From: Patescibacteria group bacterium
GTDB lineage: Bacteria > Patescibacteriota > Minisyncoccia > Phycocordibacterales > JACOZG01
Direction: 5' to 3'
Assembly: GCA_034658935.1 (NCBI GenBank)
Contig: JAYEGE010000008.1
Location: forward strand, 68,678 to 132,677
DNA: 64,000 bases
Below, in pieces: positions 16,877 to 26,427 of the stretch (positions are counted from its first letter, which is position 1; each line of letters starts with the position of its first letter). A program made the position numbers and the translations under genes. The notes beneath the pieces are model-generated. The model was not told the origin of the DNA and ran no database searches. It was given only the letters and a program-made list of their open reading frames with translations.

Positions 16877-19105
16877 CTACTTTGTTAATTTATGCGGATT
16901 ATGGTTTGGACAAGATTTGCTGCTACATCTCTCGGGGATCGTTTTTGTGCCTTGCATCATTAGGGAGCCGCACATGGTGCAGAGGGCGCCGGTTGGCTTG
17001 GCCTTGATGGCGTTCTTACAGGTGGGGTAATTGGAACAAGAATAGAAGATACCGAAACGTCCACGTTTCTCGGTCATCTCGCCCGTCTGACTTATCCCCG
17101 ACAAGCCTTTTTTGCAGACTGGACATTTGACACCAGTCCTTTTGGCCTCTTCAGCAGCTTCATCTTTCTTTATGTATTTACATTTTGGATAATTCGCACA
17201 AGAGACAAAGGTGCCGAAACGTCCTTCGCGCTCAACGAGTTTTCCATTTTTGCACTCAGGGCAAGCCTCACCAGTTTCTTTGGGGGCCATTTCCTTACCT
17301 TCAAGTGTCTTGGCACCAGTACACTCTGGGAATTTAGCGCAGGAATAGAATTTGCCTGAGCGGCTCAATTTGATAATCATCGGGCCATCGCAGGTTGGAC
17401 ATTTCATATCATCAGGCGCTTCACCAAGATTGGTGATCTTTGGCATCTTCTTCTTGGAGGCGATCTCGAGAGTGAAGGGGCCGTAGAAATCTTTCAGAGT
17501 TTTTACATAGTCGCGTTTGCCGTCGGCGATCTCGTCGAGCTCGTTTTCCATCTCGCTAGTGAAGGAGTCGCTGATATAAGAGGCGAAATTATTTTCCAAG
17601 AACTCGCTTACAACATCACCGGTCTCAGTCGGCTTCAGGCTCCGGCTCTCTTTATCAACATAGCCACGGTCGATGATGGTCTTAATAGTTGGTGCGTAGG
17701 TAGAAGGTCGGCCAATGCCGCGCTTCTCCAGCTCTTTTACCAATCCCGCTTCAGTGTAGCGATTGGGCGGCAGGGTTTCCTTGCCCTCGCTATTTATTTC
17801 CTTTAGATCGAGTGTCTCACCTTCTTCAACCACAGGTAATTCTGTTTCTTCGCCTTTGGCCGCCGGATCAGCTTTGAGCCAACCATCGAAGGTGGTTATG
17901 GAGCCGTTGGTTTCGAAGTTCGGCAGGGCCGCGGTTTTAACATCTGATGTTTTGACCGCGGCAGCAATTATCAATTTTGTTCGCTTAATTTTGGCGTCAC
18001 TCATCTGGCTAGCCACGACACGCGACCAGATCAATTTATAGAGTTTTTGTTCCTGCGGTGTTTTGCCGGCGCTACTTACGTTGGCATGAGATGGTCGTAC
18101 TGCCTCATGGGCTTCTTGGGCACTCTTAGATTTTGCGGCGTAACGACGTGTTTGTAGGTGGTCGGTACCAAATTTGTCTTTGACTACTCTAGCAATTTCA
18201 CCCAAGGCCTGTTGGCTTAGGTTAGTGCTGTCGGTACGCATATAGGTGATATGCCCGGCCTCGTAGAGTTTTTGAGCTAAGCGCATAGTAATAGAGGGGG
18301 AGTAACCTAAGCGTGACGAGGCCGCTTGTTGGAGGGTGGAGGTAGTGAAAGGTGGGCGCGGTGAGCGTTTGGCCTCGGTTTGCTTCACTTCCTTAATTTG
18401 CCATTTAGCTTTTTTGGCTTCAGTAACGATTTGCTCAGCTTCTTCACCCGCTTTCGGTTCTTCTGTGCAATGGGCCGGAAGCTCCTCCTTCTTGCTTGTC
18501 GCAAATAGTCCGTCGATTACCCAGAACTTCTCTGGGATGAAGGCGCGGATTTCTCGCTCGCGCTCAACCAAGATGCGGAGGGCGGGGGACTGAACGCGGC
18601 CGGCCGAGAGGCCATAGCGGAGCTTCTGCCATATTAGCCCAGACAGGTCGTAGCCGAAGAGTCGGTCAAGGACTCTCCTTGCTTCTTGGGCCTTCAATAG
18701 ATCCTCATCGATATCGCGTGGGTGCTTCATTGCTTCTTGCACTGCCCCCTCGGTGATTTCGTTGAAGGTGATCCGCTTGGTCTTAGATTTAGGTAATTTT
18801 AAGACTTCAGCGACGTGCCAGGCGATGGCTTCTCCTTCGCGGTCAGGGTCTGTGGCCAGGACTATTTCCTCCGCCTTTTTTGCCTTTTCTTTAAGTTCAG
18901 AAACGATCTTCTCTTTACCTTTGCTGATTTCGTAATGAGGAATAAAGCCGCCCTCGATATCGATGGCGTTCTTGTTTGATTTTGGTAAGTCGCGGACGTG
19001 CCCAACTGAGGCACGGACTGTGTATTCGTTATTTAAATATTTCTCAATTGTCTTCGCTTTGGCGGGCGACTCAACAATTAATAATTTGTTTGTTTTGTTT
19101 GGCAT
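16877..19105 (-). CDS. topA: DNA topoisomerase I with C-terminal zinc ribbons
   Basis: LLIVESPAKAKTI, ATDPDREGEAI, SAGRVQS, ITYMRTDS; C4 zinc fingers; likely start 19105. Confidence 0.96.
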   Translation of the reverse strand: MPNKTNKLLIVESPAKAKTIEKYLNNEYTVRASVGHVRDLPKSNKNAIDIEGGFIPHYEISKGKEKIVSELKEKAKKAEEIVLATDPDREGEAIAWHVAEVLKLPKSKTKRITFNEITEGAVQEAMKHPRDIDEDLLKAQEARRVLDRLFGYDLSGLIWQKLRYGLSAGRVQSPALRILVEREREIRAFIPEKFWVIDGLFATSKKEELPAHCTEEPKAGEEAEQIVTEAKKAKWQIKEVKQTEAKRSPRPPFTTSTLQQAASSRLGYSPSITMRLAQKLYEAGHITYMRTDSTNLSQQALGEIARVVKDKFGTDHLQTRRYAAKSKSAQEAHEAVRPSHANVSSAGKTPQEQKLYKLIWSRVVASQMSDAKIKRTKLIIAAAVKTSDVKTAALPNFETNGSITTFDGWLKADPAAKGEETELPVVEEGETLDLKEINSEGKETLPPNRYTEAGLVKELEKRGIGRPSTYAPTIKTIIDRGYVDKESRSLKPTETGDVVSEFLENNFASYISDSFTSEMENELDEIADGKRDYVKTLKDFYGPFTLEIASKKKMPKITNLGEAPDDMKCPTCDGPMIIKLSRSGKFYSCAKFPECTGAKTLEGKEMAPKETGEACPECKNGKLVEREGRFGTFVSCANYPKCKYIKKDEAAEEAKRTGVKCPVCKKGLSGISQTGEMTEKRGRFGIFYSCSNYPTCKNAIKAKPTGALCTMCGSLMMQGTKTIPERCSSKSCPNHNPHKLTK

Positions 19106-19200
19106 GTACTTGTTAGAGCACATTAGTACTATGTATCCACATTTTTTGCAAATAGAAGATAGAAAAGGCCGCCCCGAAGTGGGGCGGCTGACGTTTCCGT

Positions 19201-20064
19201 TCATCCAAAGTATTCTTGTCGCGGTGGGCCGAGGCGAACAAGTTCGCAGAGCTTGGCTAAACCGGCAAGGAGGGTTAATTGATCGGTTCCCGCATCAATA
19301 TTGTGTGAGGATAGTGTGTAGCCTCTGTCCGGCCTCTCCGCCCCCATTGCTCGGCGATCTTCTCCCGGCCCAAGGGTGCAGGCGCTACCCGGTATTCGTA
19401 ACATAAGCCATTTTCCTCGCTGACACGATGCCTCGAAATCCCAATGACGGCCTGTATGCGGGGTGCCTGTAGAACACATCTTGGCATCAGCCTGGATCAT
19501 GGCAAGCTTGATGGGGATCAGGCGTGCTTCGTCGGGGCAATGAGCTAACCACCGAATTATAGCAGGCGATAGATCGACATCGAAGCCGGCAGCTTCCCTG
19601 CCGATTCCTGCACCTAAGCCGTTAATGAGCAGGAGTTGGTTGCCGGTGGCGCCGGTGTTACCTTCCCAATACAATAGGTTCCCGAGAAGGAGTTCCAGGG
19701 TGGAGCGAATGCATCGCATTATCGTCAAGCCTTTGACTCTGGCTTTGTCTGGAGAATGGATAGTCAATAGGGTGGGCAATTCAAAATTCCAACCTTGCCA
19801 GTTTTCGGGATCATCCTCTTCCATTGGTGAAAGCACCTCGCTGAAACCCCATGCCCGGCTTTTTTCAGGTGGTACGAAGTCGGGCAAATCGAATCGTTCT
19901 TGCCGATGTCTGATTCCGGCTGCACCAGAGCGTAAGTAGCTAATCAATGCAGGCCAGACTGCCCAATGAATTCTAATCCCGATTGTTTGCCCCTTGGACC
20001 CAAGAGTTAACTCATACCAAGCCGGACGGTCCTGGCGAACCAAGGCCGTAGAGTTTATGGTCAT
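19201..20064 (-). CDS. hypothetical protein
   Basis: 287-aa ORF with GGAGGG RBS and downstream hairpin; HNID..Q.L.LL.G motif near the C-terminus. Confidence 0.7.
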   Translation of the reverse strand: MTINSTALVRQDRPAWYELTLGSKGQTIGIRIHWAVWPALISYLRSGAAGIRHRQERFDLPDFVPPEKSRAWGFSEVLSPMEEDDPENWQGWNFELPTLLTIHSPDKARVKGLTIMRCIRSTLELLLGNLLYWEGNTGATGNQLLLINGLGAGIGREAAGFDVDLSPAIIRWLAHCPDEARLIPIKLAMIQADAKMCSTGTPHTGRHWDFEASCQRGKWLMLRIPGSACTLGPGEDRRAMGAERPDRGYTLSSHNIDAGTDQLTLLAGLAKLCELVRLGPPRQEYFG

Positions 20065-20143
20065 AATTATCCCTCCGCATATATTTTGAATTAACTGTAA
20101 TGAACAACGCTGTGCTGAGTTTAACTATCTGGATGTTTTTTGC

Positions 20144-20172
20144 AAATGTTAAACACCGGGTGTTTAACATTT
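20144..20172. repeat. REP-like palindrome
   Basis: AAATGTTAAACACC-G-GGTGTTTAACATTT; resembles the palindromes flanking the transposase. Confidence 0.8.
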
Positions 20173-21038
20173 CAATTTAGCCGAATTTCCCCGCCTGTTT
20201 CCTTGACGATGCCTTTGATTTCAAGAATACCGAGGAGAGAATTGGCGGTGCTGGTTTCAAGTCCGAGGGCGCGGATGAGGTTGTCGCGTGGGAGAGTCTC
20301 GATTTGGAGAATGTCTACTATCTTTTTTTCGTCCGGCGATAAATCTTGGAGCGGTAATTTAGCTGGCCCGCTTTCTTCGGTATTGAAACTCAAGGCTTCT
20401 AATAATTCCTGAGAGGAAGTAATGGGAGTGGCGCCTTGGCGAATTAACCAATTGGTCCCGGCAGAGCCGGGCGAGAAGATGGAGCCAGGCACGGTCAATA
20501 CGTCGCGGTTATAATCGAGTGCTAAGCGGGCGGTGATAAGGGTCCCCGACTTGAGTCCGGCCTCTATCACTAAGGTGGCCTGAGACAGGCCGGCCATGAT
20601 GCGATTGCGGCGGGGGAAGGTATGGATTCCGGCTGGCTTGGTGGGCGAGTATTCTGAGAGGAGGGCTCCGCCGTGCTCGACGATCTCGTCGGCCAAGTGT
20701 TTGTTTGAGTGGGGATGAAGAACGGACCTATCTAATCCAGAACCAGGCACGGCAATGGTGGTGAGTCCGGCGCTTAGCGCCGCCTGGTGGGCGATAGTGT
20801 CTATACCCAAGGCTAAACCAGAAACTATAACAATTGGATAAGCCGCTAGTCCGGCGATTAATACCTCGCAAACCTCGCGGCCGTAATGGGAGTATTTGCG
20901 TGAGCCGACTACAGTCAAAAACACAGCGTTGTCTTGCGGCCAGGCGCTCTCTAAATAGAGTTTTTCTGGCGGATCGGCCATTTCAGCCAATGCCTTCGGA
21001 AACTCTTCTGGGCCCAGCTCTCTAATGGGAGATGGCAT
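20172..21038 (-). CDS. dprA: DNA-processing protein DprA
   Basis: VVGSRK, IVSGLALGIDT.AH, FPRRNRIMAGLS, SGTLITA; C-terminal wHTH. Confidence 0.95.
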   Translation of the reverse strand: MPSPIRELGPEEFPKALAEMADPPEKLYLESAWPQDNAVFLTVVGSRKYSHYGREVCEVLIAGLAAYPIVIVSGLALGIDTIAHQAALSAGLTTIAVPGSGLDRSVLHPHSNKHLADEIVEHGGALLSEYSPTKPAGIHTFPRRNRIMAGLSQATLVIEAGLKSGTLITARLALDYNRDVLTVPGSIFSPGSAGTNWLIRQGATPITSSQELLEALSFNTEESGPAKLPLQDLSPDEKKIVDILQIETLPRDNLIRALGLETSTANSLLGILEIKGIVKETGGEIRLN

Positions 21039-21094
21039 GATGAAGTAATTGTATCAGGATTTGGCCAATTGCTATGAACGAGTATAATTGAGTG

Positions 21095-21556
21095 ATGGAA
21101 AATTTCCCAAGTCAGGAGCATTTTAGAGAGAATGTGGGGCGTGCGGACAAGGAGCGTGTAGCAGCTGAATTAGTGGCGAATCGATTTGAGGCGGTCCTTG
21201 CTAGAGTGCCGAAACAGCTCAGGGAGGACCCCACCTTTGAGTCTAGCGCTGAGCGATTTTAAAATATGAGACATAAAATAGAAGACGAGTGTGATTATCT
21301 AGTGGCTGAGGCTCAAAAGGTCACCGATCAGGCTCGTAAGATTTTGGACGAAGCCAAGGAGGCCAATGATTATTACCGAGAAAAACTAGCTGCCAAGCTG
21401 GTAGCCTTTTGTGAAGCTGAGGAAAAATATTTTTCTCATTATATTGAGCTCAAACTTTATTATCCAGATCTAGCTAAGACGATTGAGAGCCATCGGTCAC
21501 ATTTGCGAGAGATTATGAACCAAGCCACCACCGATCATGAACAACTCAAGTCCTGA
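21095..21556 (+). pseudogene. hypothetical helical protein interrupted by an in-frame TAA (or two ORFs)
   Basis: ATG 21095 (MENFPSQ...) is in frame with ORF 21266-21556; single TAA at 21260-62. Confidence 0.45.
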
Positions 21557-22583
21557 TACTGAACAACACCTGGCATATATTAGGGGACTCCAGGCATCTT
21601 CCGGTCTTTTCATGGCCTCGGCGGCAGAGGTGGCTACTGGTTACAATAAAGCTTGGCTACGTGATAATTTTTACACCGCCATGGCTTTTGAGGCGGTAGA
21701 GGATTGGGAGACGGTGCGTCGTGTCTGGCGGACTCTGCTTGCCGTCTTGGCTAAACATGAGGATAAGATCACCTGGGCTGCGGCCAATAAGCCGCATGCC
21801 TCTTGGCAATACATTCATGCTCGTTATCACCCCGAGACCTTCGAAGAGTTTTGGGAAGAGTGGGGAAATAAGCAGAATGATGCGGTGGGCGCTATTTTGT
21901 TTAAGCTAGGCGAACTGGAGATGGGTGGGCATGGAGTGATCGAGAGCGAGGCCGATAAACGACTGATACAGAAATTAATTGATTATGTTCAAAACATTGA
22001 ATATTGGCATGACCCAGATGCCGGAATGTGGGAGGAGAACGAGGAGGTGCATGCTTCTTCAATTGGCGCCGTGGTAGCCGGGTTAAAGCAGATTGCCCAA
22101 CTTGATTATATCCAGGTGCCCAACGATTTAATTGCCAAAGGTGAAAATGCCCTACAAAGTCTCTTGCCGCGAGAGTCGCATGGCAAATTTTCTGACTTGG
22201 CGCAATTAAGTTTGATTTGGCCCTACCAAGTAGCTAATGAAGAGCAAATAATCGAAATTTTAAAAAATCTTGAATACCATTTGGAAAAAGAGCGTGGAAT
22301 TGTCCGTTACAAAACCGACAAATATTACAACTATAATAAAGATGGTTGGAGCGAGGAAGCCGAGTGGACCTTCGGTTTCCCCTGGCTGGCCATTATCTGT
22401 GCCGAGCGTGGCGACTTAGATAAGGCGCGTGAGTATCTCGCTAAGGCTGAAGCAGTCTTGACTCCAGAGCGAAAGATGCCCGAACTATATTATTCTAATA
22501 CGGATAAAACAAACGAGAATGTGCCCCTTGCTTGGTCGCAAAGTCTCTTGGTGGTGGCCAAGATCAAGTTGTCACAGGGTTAG
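21537..22583 (+). CDS. glycoside hydrolase family 15-like (glucoamylase/phosphorylase kinase-like) protein
   Basis: Y.KAWLRD, Q.DA.G, D.GMWEE, PLAWSQS motifs. Confidence 0.8.
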   Translation: MNNSSPDTEQHLAYIRGLQASSGLFMASAAEVATGYNKAWLRDNFYTAMAFEAVEDWETVRRVWRTLLAVLAKHEDKITWAAANKPHASWQYIHARYHPETFEEFWEEWGNKQNDAVGAILFKLGELEMGGHGVIESEADKRLIQKLIDYVQNIEYWHDPDAGMWEENEEVHASSIGAVVAGLKQIAQLDYIQVPNDLIAKGENALQSLLPRESHGKFSDLAQLSLIWPYQVANEEQIIEILKNLEYHLEKERGIVRYKTDKYYNYNKDGWSEEAEWTFGFPWLAIICAERGDLDKAREYLAKAEAVLTPERKMPELYYSNTDKTNENVPLAWSQSLLVVAKIKLSQG

Positions 22584-22584
22584 T

Positions 22585-22818
22585 ATGTATATTCGGCTTA
22601 ATGTTATTGCCGGTGCCAAGAAAGAAAAACTCAAATGTCGCGGCAGTGGTAAATATGATATTAGCGTAAAGGAACCAGCTGAACTCAATCGGGCCAATAA
22701 ACGAGCTCTAAGTGTGCTGTCCAAAGAACTCGGAGTGCCAATAAAAAATCTACGTATTCTCATTGGACATCATTTATCTCGTAAATTAGTTTCTGTTCGT
22801 AAGGTTGACACTTCTTAA
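22585..22818 (+). CDS. DUF167 (YggU-like) protein
   Basis: V..GAKKE, ISVKEPAE.NRAN, I.IGH.SR.K. Confidence 0.8.
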   Translation: MYIRLNVIAGAKKEKLKCRGSGKYDISVKEPAELNRANKRALSVLSKELGVPIKNLRILIGHHLSRKLVSVRKVDTS

Positions 22819-22892
22819 AATAATGCTAGTTTGGGAGCAGTAATGAGGAACGGTTCCTGGTCTTTGTCTAAGGCCTAAGAAAGGAGGGTGAG

Positions 22893-22982
22893 ATGAATGC
22901 CTCTCCCCAAAGCGGTCCTCTGGTCATTACCGACGTCTTTTCCAGTCTGGTCGAGGAGCTTATAGCCCAGAGTTCGTTGTAG
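22893..22982 (+). CDS. putative 29-aa small protein
   Basis: TTGACA promoter (22805), AAAGGAGGG RBS, MNASPQSGPLVITDVFSSLVEELIAQSSL, terminator at 23010-23045. Confidence 0.5.
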   Translation: MNASPQSGPLVITDVFSSLVEELIAQSSL

Positions 22983-23043
22983 TCAACCTGAAGAGTTAGG
23001 CGCTCTAAAGCCCCCTGAACCACTACAGTGGTCGGGGGCCTTT

Positions 23044-25014
23044 TTATACAAACTCGAAATCGATTACCTTATCTTTGAGGTCGGCCTTAACTACTTTTAT
23101 TTTAACTTGGTCGCCGAGGCGGTAGCGTCGGCCGCTATCTTTACCAACCATGGCGTAATTTTTTTCATCGAAGATATAGAAGTCGTCACTTAAGTCAGCT
23201 AGTCGTACCATTCCTTCAGATAAAGTTTCTTGCTCTTGAACATAGATACCCCACTTACTTAATCCGGAGATTATGCCATCGTAAGATTGGCCAATGCGCT
23301 CACTCATGTATTCGATCTGCTTATAGCGAATAGATTCTCGTTCGGCCTCTTGGGCGGCGACTTCTCGTTCAGTAGCATGTTCGGCCAGTCGATGATATTC
23401 CTCTAGGAGTTTGCTGGACGGCGCTTTGCCGCGGATATAATGATCAAGGAGGCGATGAACCATAATGTCTGGGTAGCGACGGATGGGGGAAGTAAAGTGG
23501 GCGTAATGTTTGAAGGCCAGCCCGTAATGCCCAATATTCTTCATCGAGTAGGTGGCCTTAGACATTGTCCGTAGGGCAGCGGTGTGGATCATCGCTTCTT
23601 CTGGGGTGCCCTCCACCGCCCTCAATAATTTATTCATGTTCTCTTGAGTGACGCCGTCCTCGTCGATCTTTAAGCGGTAACCTAGGGGCTCAATAAAATC
23701 GGCCAATTGTTTGAGTCTGTCGGTATCGGGGATGTCGTGGACGCGATAGACGAAGTGCTTGTCTTTATTCTCCACGATCTTAGAGACGAACTCAGCCACC
23801 TTACGATTAGCCAGGAGCATTAGGTCTTCTATTAAGAGATGCGTATCGGTGCGCTCCTTACGGATAACCTTAAGTGGCTTGCCGTTTTTGTCGAGAACGA
23901 ATTTAACCTCGTCAGATTCAAAGGCGATGGAGCCAGCATCCTCGCGTCCACGGCGCAGGTGCTTGGCTAGTTTGTTGAGGGCGGTAATTTCCCCGTGGTG
24001 CTTGCTCTGCTTGTCGTCTAGGGTCTCCTGGGCATCTTCGTAAGAGTAACGTTGGTCAGAATGGATTATGGTTCGGCCATACCACTCGTCGATTAGTTCG
24101 AACTTTGTTGCCTGTGCCGAGCCTGTCGAGGTAAAGGTGAAGACAGCCGAGAAGGTGAGCTTGTCTTCATTGGGGTTAAGGCTACATAAATCGTTTGAGA
24201 GCACCTCCGGCAACATAGGGATGGTGCGGTCAACTAGGTAGATAGAGGTAGCCCGTTTGATGGCCTCCCTGTCTAATTTGGTGCCTGGGCGGACATAATG
24301 GGCTGGGTCGGCAATATGGACTCCGACTTCTATTTGCCCGCTTTCCAATTCTTGGTAGGAGATGGCGTCATCAAAATCCTTAGCGTCAGCCGGGTCGATA
24401 GTGAAGGTGAGGACGGGGCGGAAATCGCGGCGCCCTTCTTTGTCCTCTGACTCGATCAGTTTAATTTCCTCGGCGAAGTCTGCCGCCGCGCCGGCCTTAA
24501 TTTCTTTAGCTTCTTTCTCAACCTCTGCTGGGAAACCAGAATCAAAGCCGCGCTCATAAACAATGGCTTGCATCTCAGTTTCGTGGCGACCAGCTACGCC
24601 GATATCCTTCATAACTTCGCCAACAGGATCTTTTTTGGAGTCTTTCCAATCAGTGATTTTAGCTAATACCTTGTCGCCGGGTTTAACCCCCTTTGTTTTT
24701 TTGTCAGCAACTAAGATGTCCTTATAGACCCGCTTATCGTCGGGAACCACAAAGAAAGAGTTGCCGTCTTTCTCAAGTAGCCCCACAAACTCTAGTCGTT
24801 TGCGCTCAACGATTTTAATAACTTGGCCGGAGCGTCTGTCGCTCCTGGAACTAGGGTCTATTTCTATTTCTACCAGGTCGCCCGGTAGGGCAGTGTTTAG
24901 TGAATTAGGCTCTATCTCTACTGCCTCGCTATCGCGCCCAAGTTCAGGGTCTAGCCTAACGTAGCCAAAACCCTTGGTTGAGATTCGGATTTCTCCGGTA
25001 AGTGTTTTTTTCAT
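23044..25014 (-). CDS. rnr: ribonuclease R
   Basis: TIDPADAKDFDDA, VHIAD, HFTSPIRRYPD, C-terminal S1 domain. Confidence 0.95.
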   Translation of the reverse strand: MKKTLTGEIRISTKGFGYVRLDPELGRDSEAVEIEPNSLNTALPGDLVEIEIDPSSRSDRRSGQVIKIVERKRLEFVGLLEKDGNSFFVVPDDKRVYKDILVADKKTKGVKPGDKVLAKITDWKDSKKDPVGEVMKDIGVAGRHETEMQAIVYERGFDSGFPAEVEKEAKEIKAGAAADFAEEIKLIESEDKEGRRDFRPVLTFTIDPADAKDFDDAISYQELESGQIEVGVHIADPAHYVRPGTKLDREAIKRATSIYLVDRTIPMLPEVLSNDLCSLNPNEDKLTFSAVFTFTSTGSAQATKFELIDEWYGRTIIHSDQRYSYEDAQETLDDKQSKHHGEITALNKLAKHLRRGREDAGSIAFESDEVKFVLDKNGKPLKVIRKERTDTHLLIEDLMLLANRKVAEFVSKIVENKDKHFVYRVHDIPDTDRLKQLADFIEPLGYRLKIDEDGVTQENMNKLLRAVEGTPEEAMIHTAALRTMSKATYSMKNIGHYGLAFKHYAHFTSPIRRYPDIMVHRLLDHYIRGKAPSSKLLEEYHRLAEHATEREVAAQEAERESIRYKQIEYMSERIGQSYDGIISGLSKWGIYVQEQETLSEGMVRLADLSDDFYIFDEKNYAMVGKDSGRRYRLGDQVKIKVVKADLKDKVIDFEFV

Positions 25015-25075
25015 TATTTACGTATATTAGCTGATTTAGACGAAAAACAAAATGGCCTCGTGATTCACCGGTGAA

Positions 25076-25306
25076 TCACGAGACCTCCTGGCTGGGAGAA
25101 TCCTCATCGCTGCTCTCTGACTCGGAGCCGCTTTGGGGACGAAGGAGCTTGGGGTCTACCGGAGGCAGGCTATCGAAATGTCGGTCGCAATCTGACAAGG
25201 CCGCCGCCGCCGCTTCTTCCTCCGTAGTCTCAGCTAGGCTGTGGGGTACTGCTATCCTTTTGACGCGTGCCCGCAGGCTCTCTGCCCATAGTCGTAACCA
25301 GTGCAT
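25076..25306 (-). CDS. hypothetical protein
   Basis: 76 aa with AAGGAGGT RBS. Confidence 0.5.
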   Translation of the reverse strand: MHWLRLWAESLRARVKRIAVPHSLAETTEEEAAAAALSDCDRHFDSLPPVDPKLLRPQSGSESESSDEDSPSQEVS

Positions 25307-25403
25307 TCTACACCTCCTTCTGCGCTCACTGTGTCATATTTTCTCATAAAGATCAAGCCGAGCATTGACTCTTCTGGGAAGGATTGCTACACTGGTCCCC
25401 ACA

Positions 25404-25835
25404 ATGTTGAAGATCAGATTACAGCGCGTCGGCCGCAGAAATGACCCCTCCTTTAGGGTGGTTGTTATGGATTCTCATAAAGAGTCTCAGAGTGGTAAGT
25501 TTGTGGAGATCCTCGGCTCCTATAACGCTCGCCATGGCAAGCCACAATTTAAGGCCGAGCGGGTTAAGCATTGGATCAGTGTTGGCGCCCAAGTGTCTGG
25601 CACTGTCCACAATCTATTAATTAATCAGAAGATCATCGAGGGCAAAAAGATCAACGTCTTGCCTAAGAGGAAGCCCAAAGCTGAAGAACCAGCTGAAGAG
25701 TTGAAGGATGAGACTAAAGCCGAGCCCAAAGTCGAGGAGGGCGAAGTAAAAGAAGAAAAAACTGAAGAGCCGGAAGCAAAAGAAGAGAAAGTGGAAGAGA
25801 AAAAAGACGAAAAACTTGACGCTCCGGCAACCTAG
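25404..25835 (+). CDS. rpsP: 30S ribosomal protein S16 with acidic tail
   Basis: MLKIRLQRVGRRNDPSFRVVV, GAQVSGTV. Confidence 0.95.
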   Translation: MLKIRLQRVGRRNDPSFRVVVMDSHKESQSGKFVEILGSYNARHGKPQFKAERVKHWISVGAQVSGTVHNLLINQKIIEGKKINVLPKRKPKAEEPAEELKDETKAEPKVEEGEVKEEKTEEPEAKEEKVEEKKDEKLDAPAT

Positions 25836-25895
25836 CCCCATAATGGAGTCAGCGCAACGCCACCAGGTGTTGCTTTAACAGCTAACCTAGAATTT

Positions 25896-26237
25896 ATGGC
25901 AGAAAATTTCCAAGATCAGGAGTTTCTTGAGTCTCTTGTCAAGTCCTTAGTTGATAATCCCGTAGACGTTAAGATAGATCGTCGGGTTGATGAGATGGGG
26001 GTCCTGATGACTCTCGACGTTAATCCAGCCGATATGGGTAAGGTTATCGGTCGCCAAGGCAATACTGCCAAGGCAATCCGGACTCTGCTCCGAGTTGTTG
26101 GGATGAAGAACAACGCCCGAGTTAATTTAAAGATTAATGAACCAGCTGGTTCAACTCGTGAAGCTCCGGAGGCACCAGCTGAGGTCCCCAGTGCTTCGGC
26201 CGCGGTTGAAGATGCGATGCGCGATATAAAAGCTTAA
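25896..26237 (+). CDS. khpA: KH-domain RNA-binding protein
   Basis: DMGKVIGRQGNTAKAIR GxxG loop; follows rpsP. Confidence 0.88.
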   Translation: MAENFQDQEFLESLVKSLVDNPVDVKIDRRVDEMGVLMTLDVNPADMGKVIGRQGNTAKAIRTLLRVVGMKNNARVNLKINEPAGSTREAPEAPAEVPSASAAVEDAMRDIKA

Positions 26238-26427
26238 TTAACCCTTTTTGTGTTTAAAACACTCTCGCTTAGCGCGGGTGTTTTTTCGTTGAAATATTAT
26301 CCCACATTTTTTTCAGAGATATCCACATATTTTTCTAATACCGTTTTTGCTCTAGACCCCGGACGTTTACAATTAGGACGATCTCTTAAGAACTAAGAAC
26401 TTAAGGAGCTATTTTTTTCTCTCTAAT

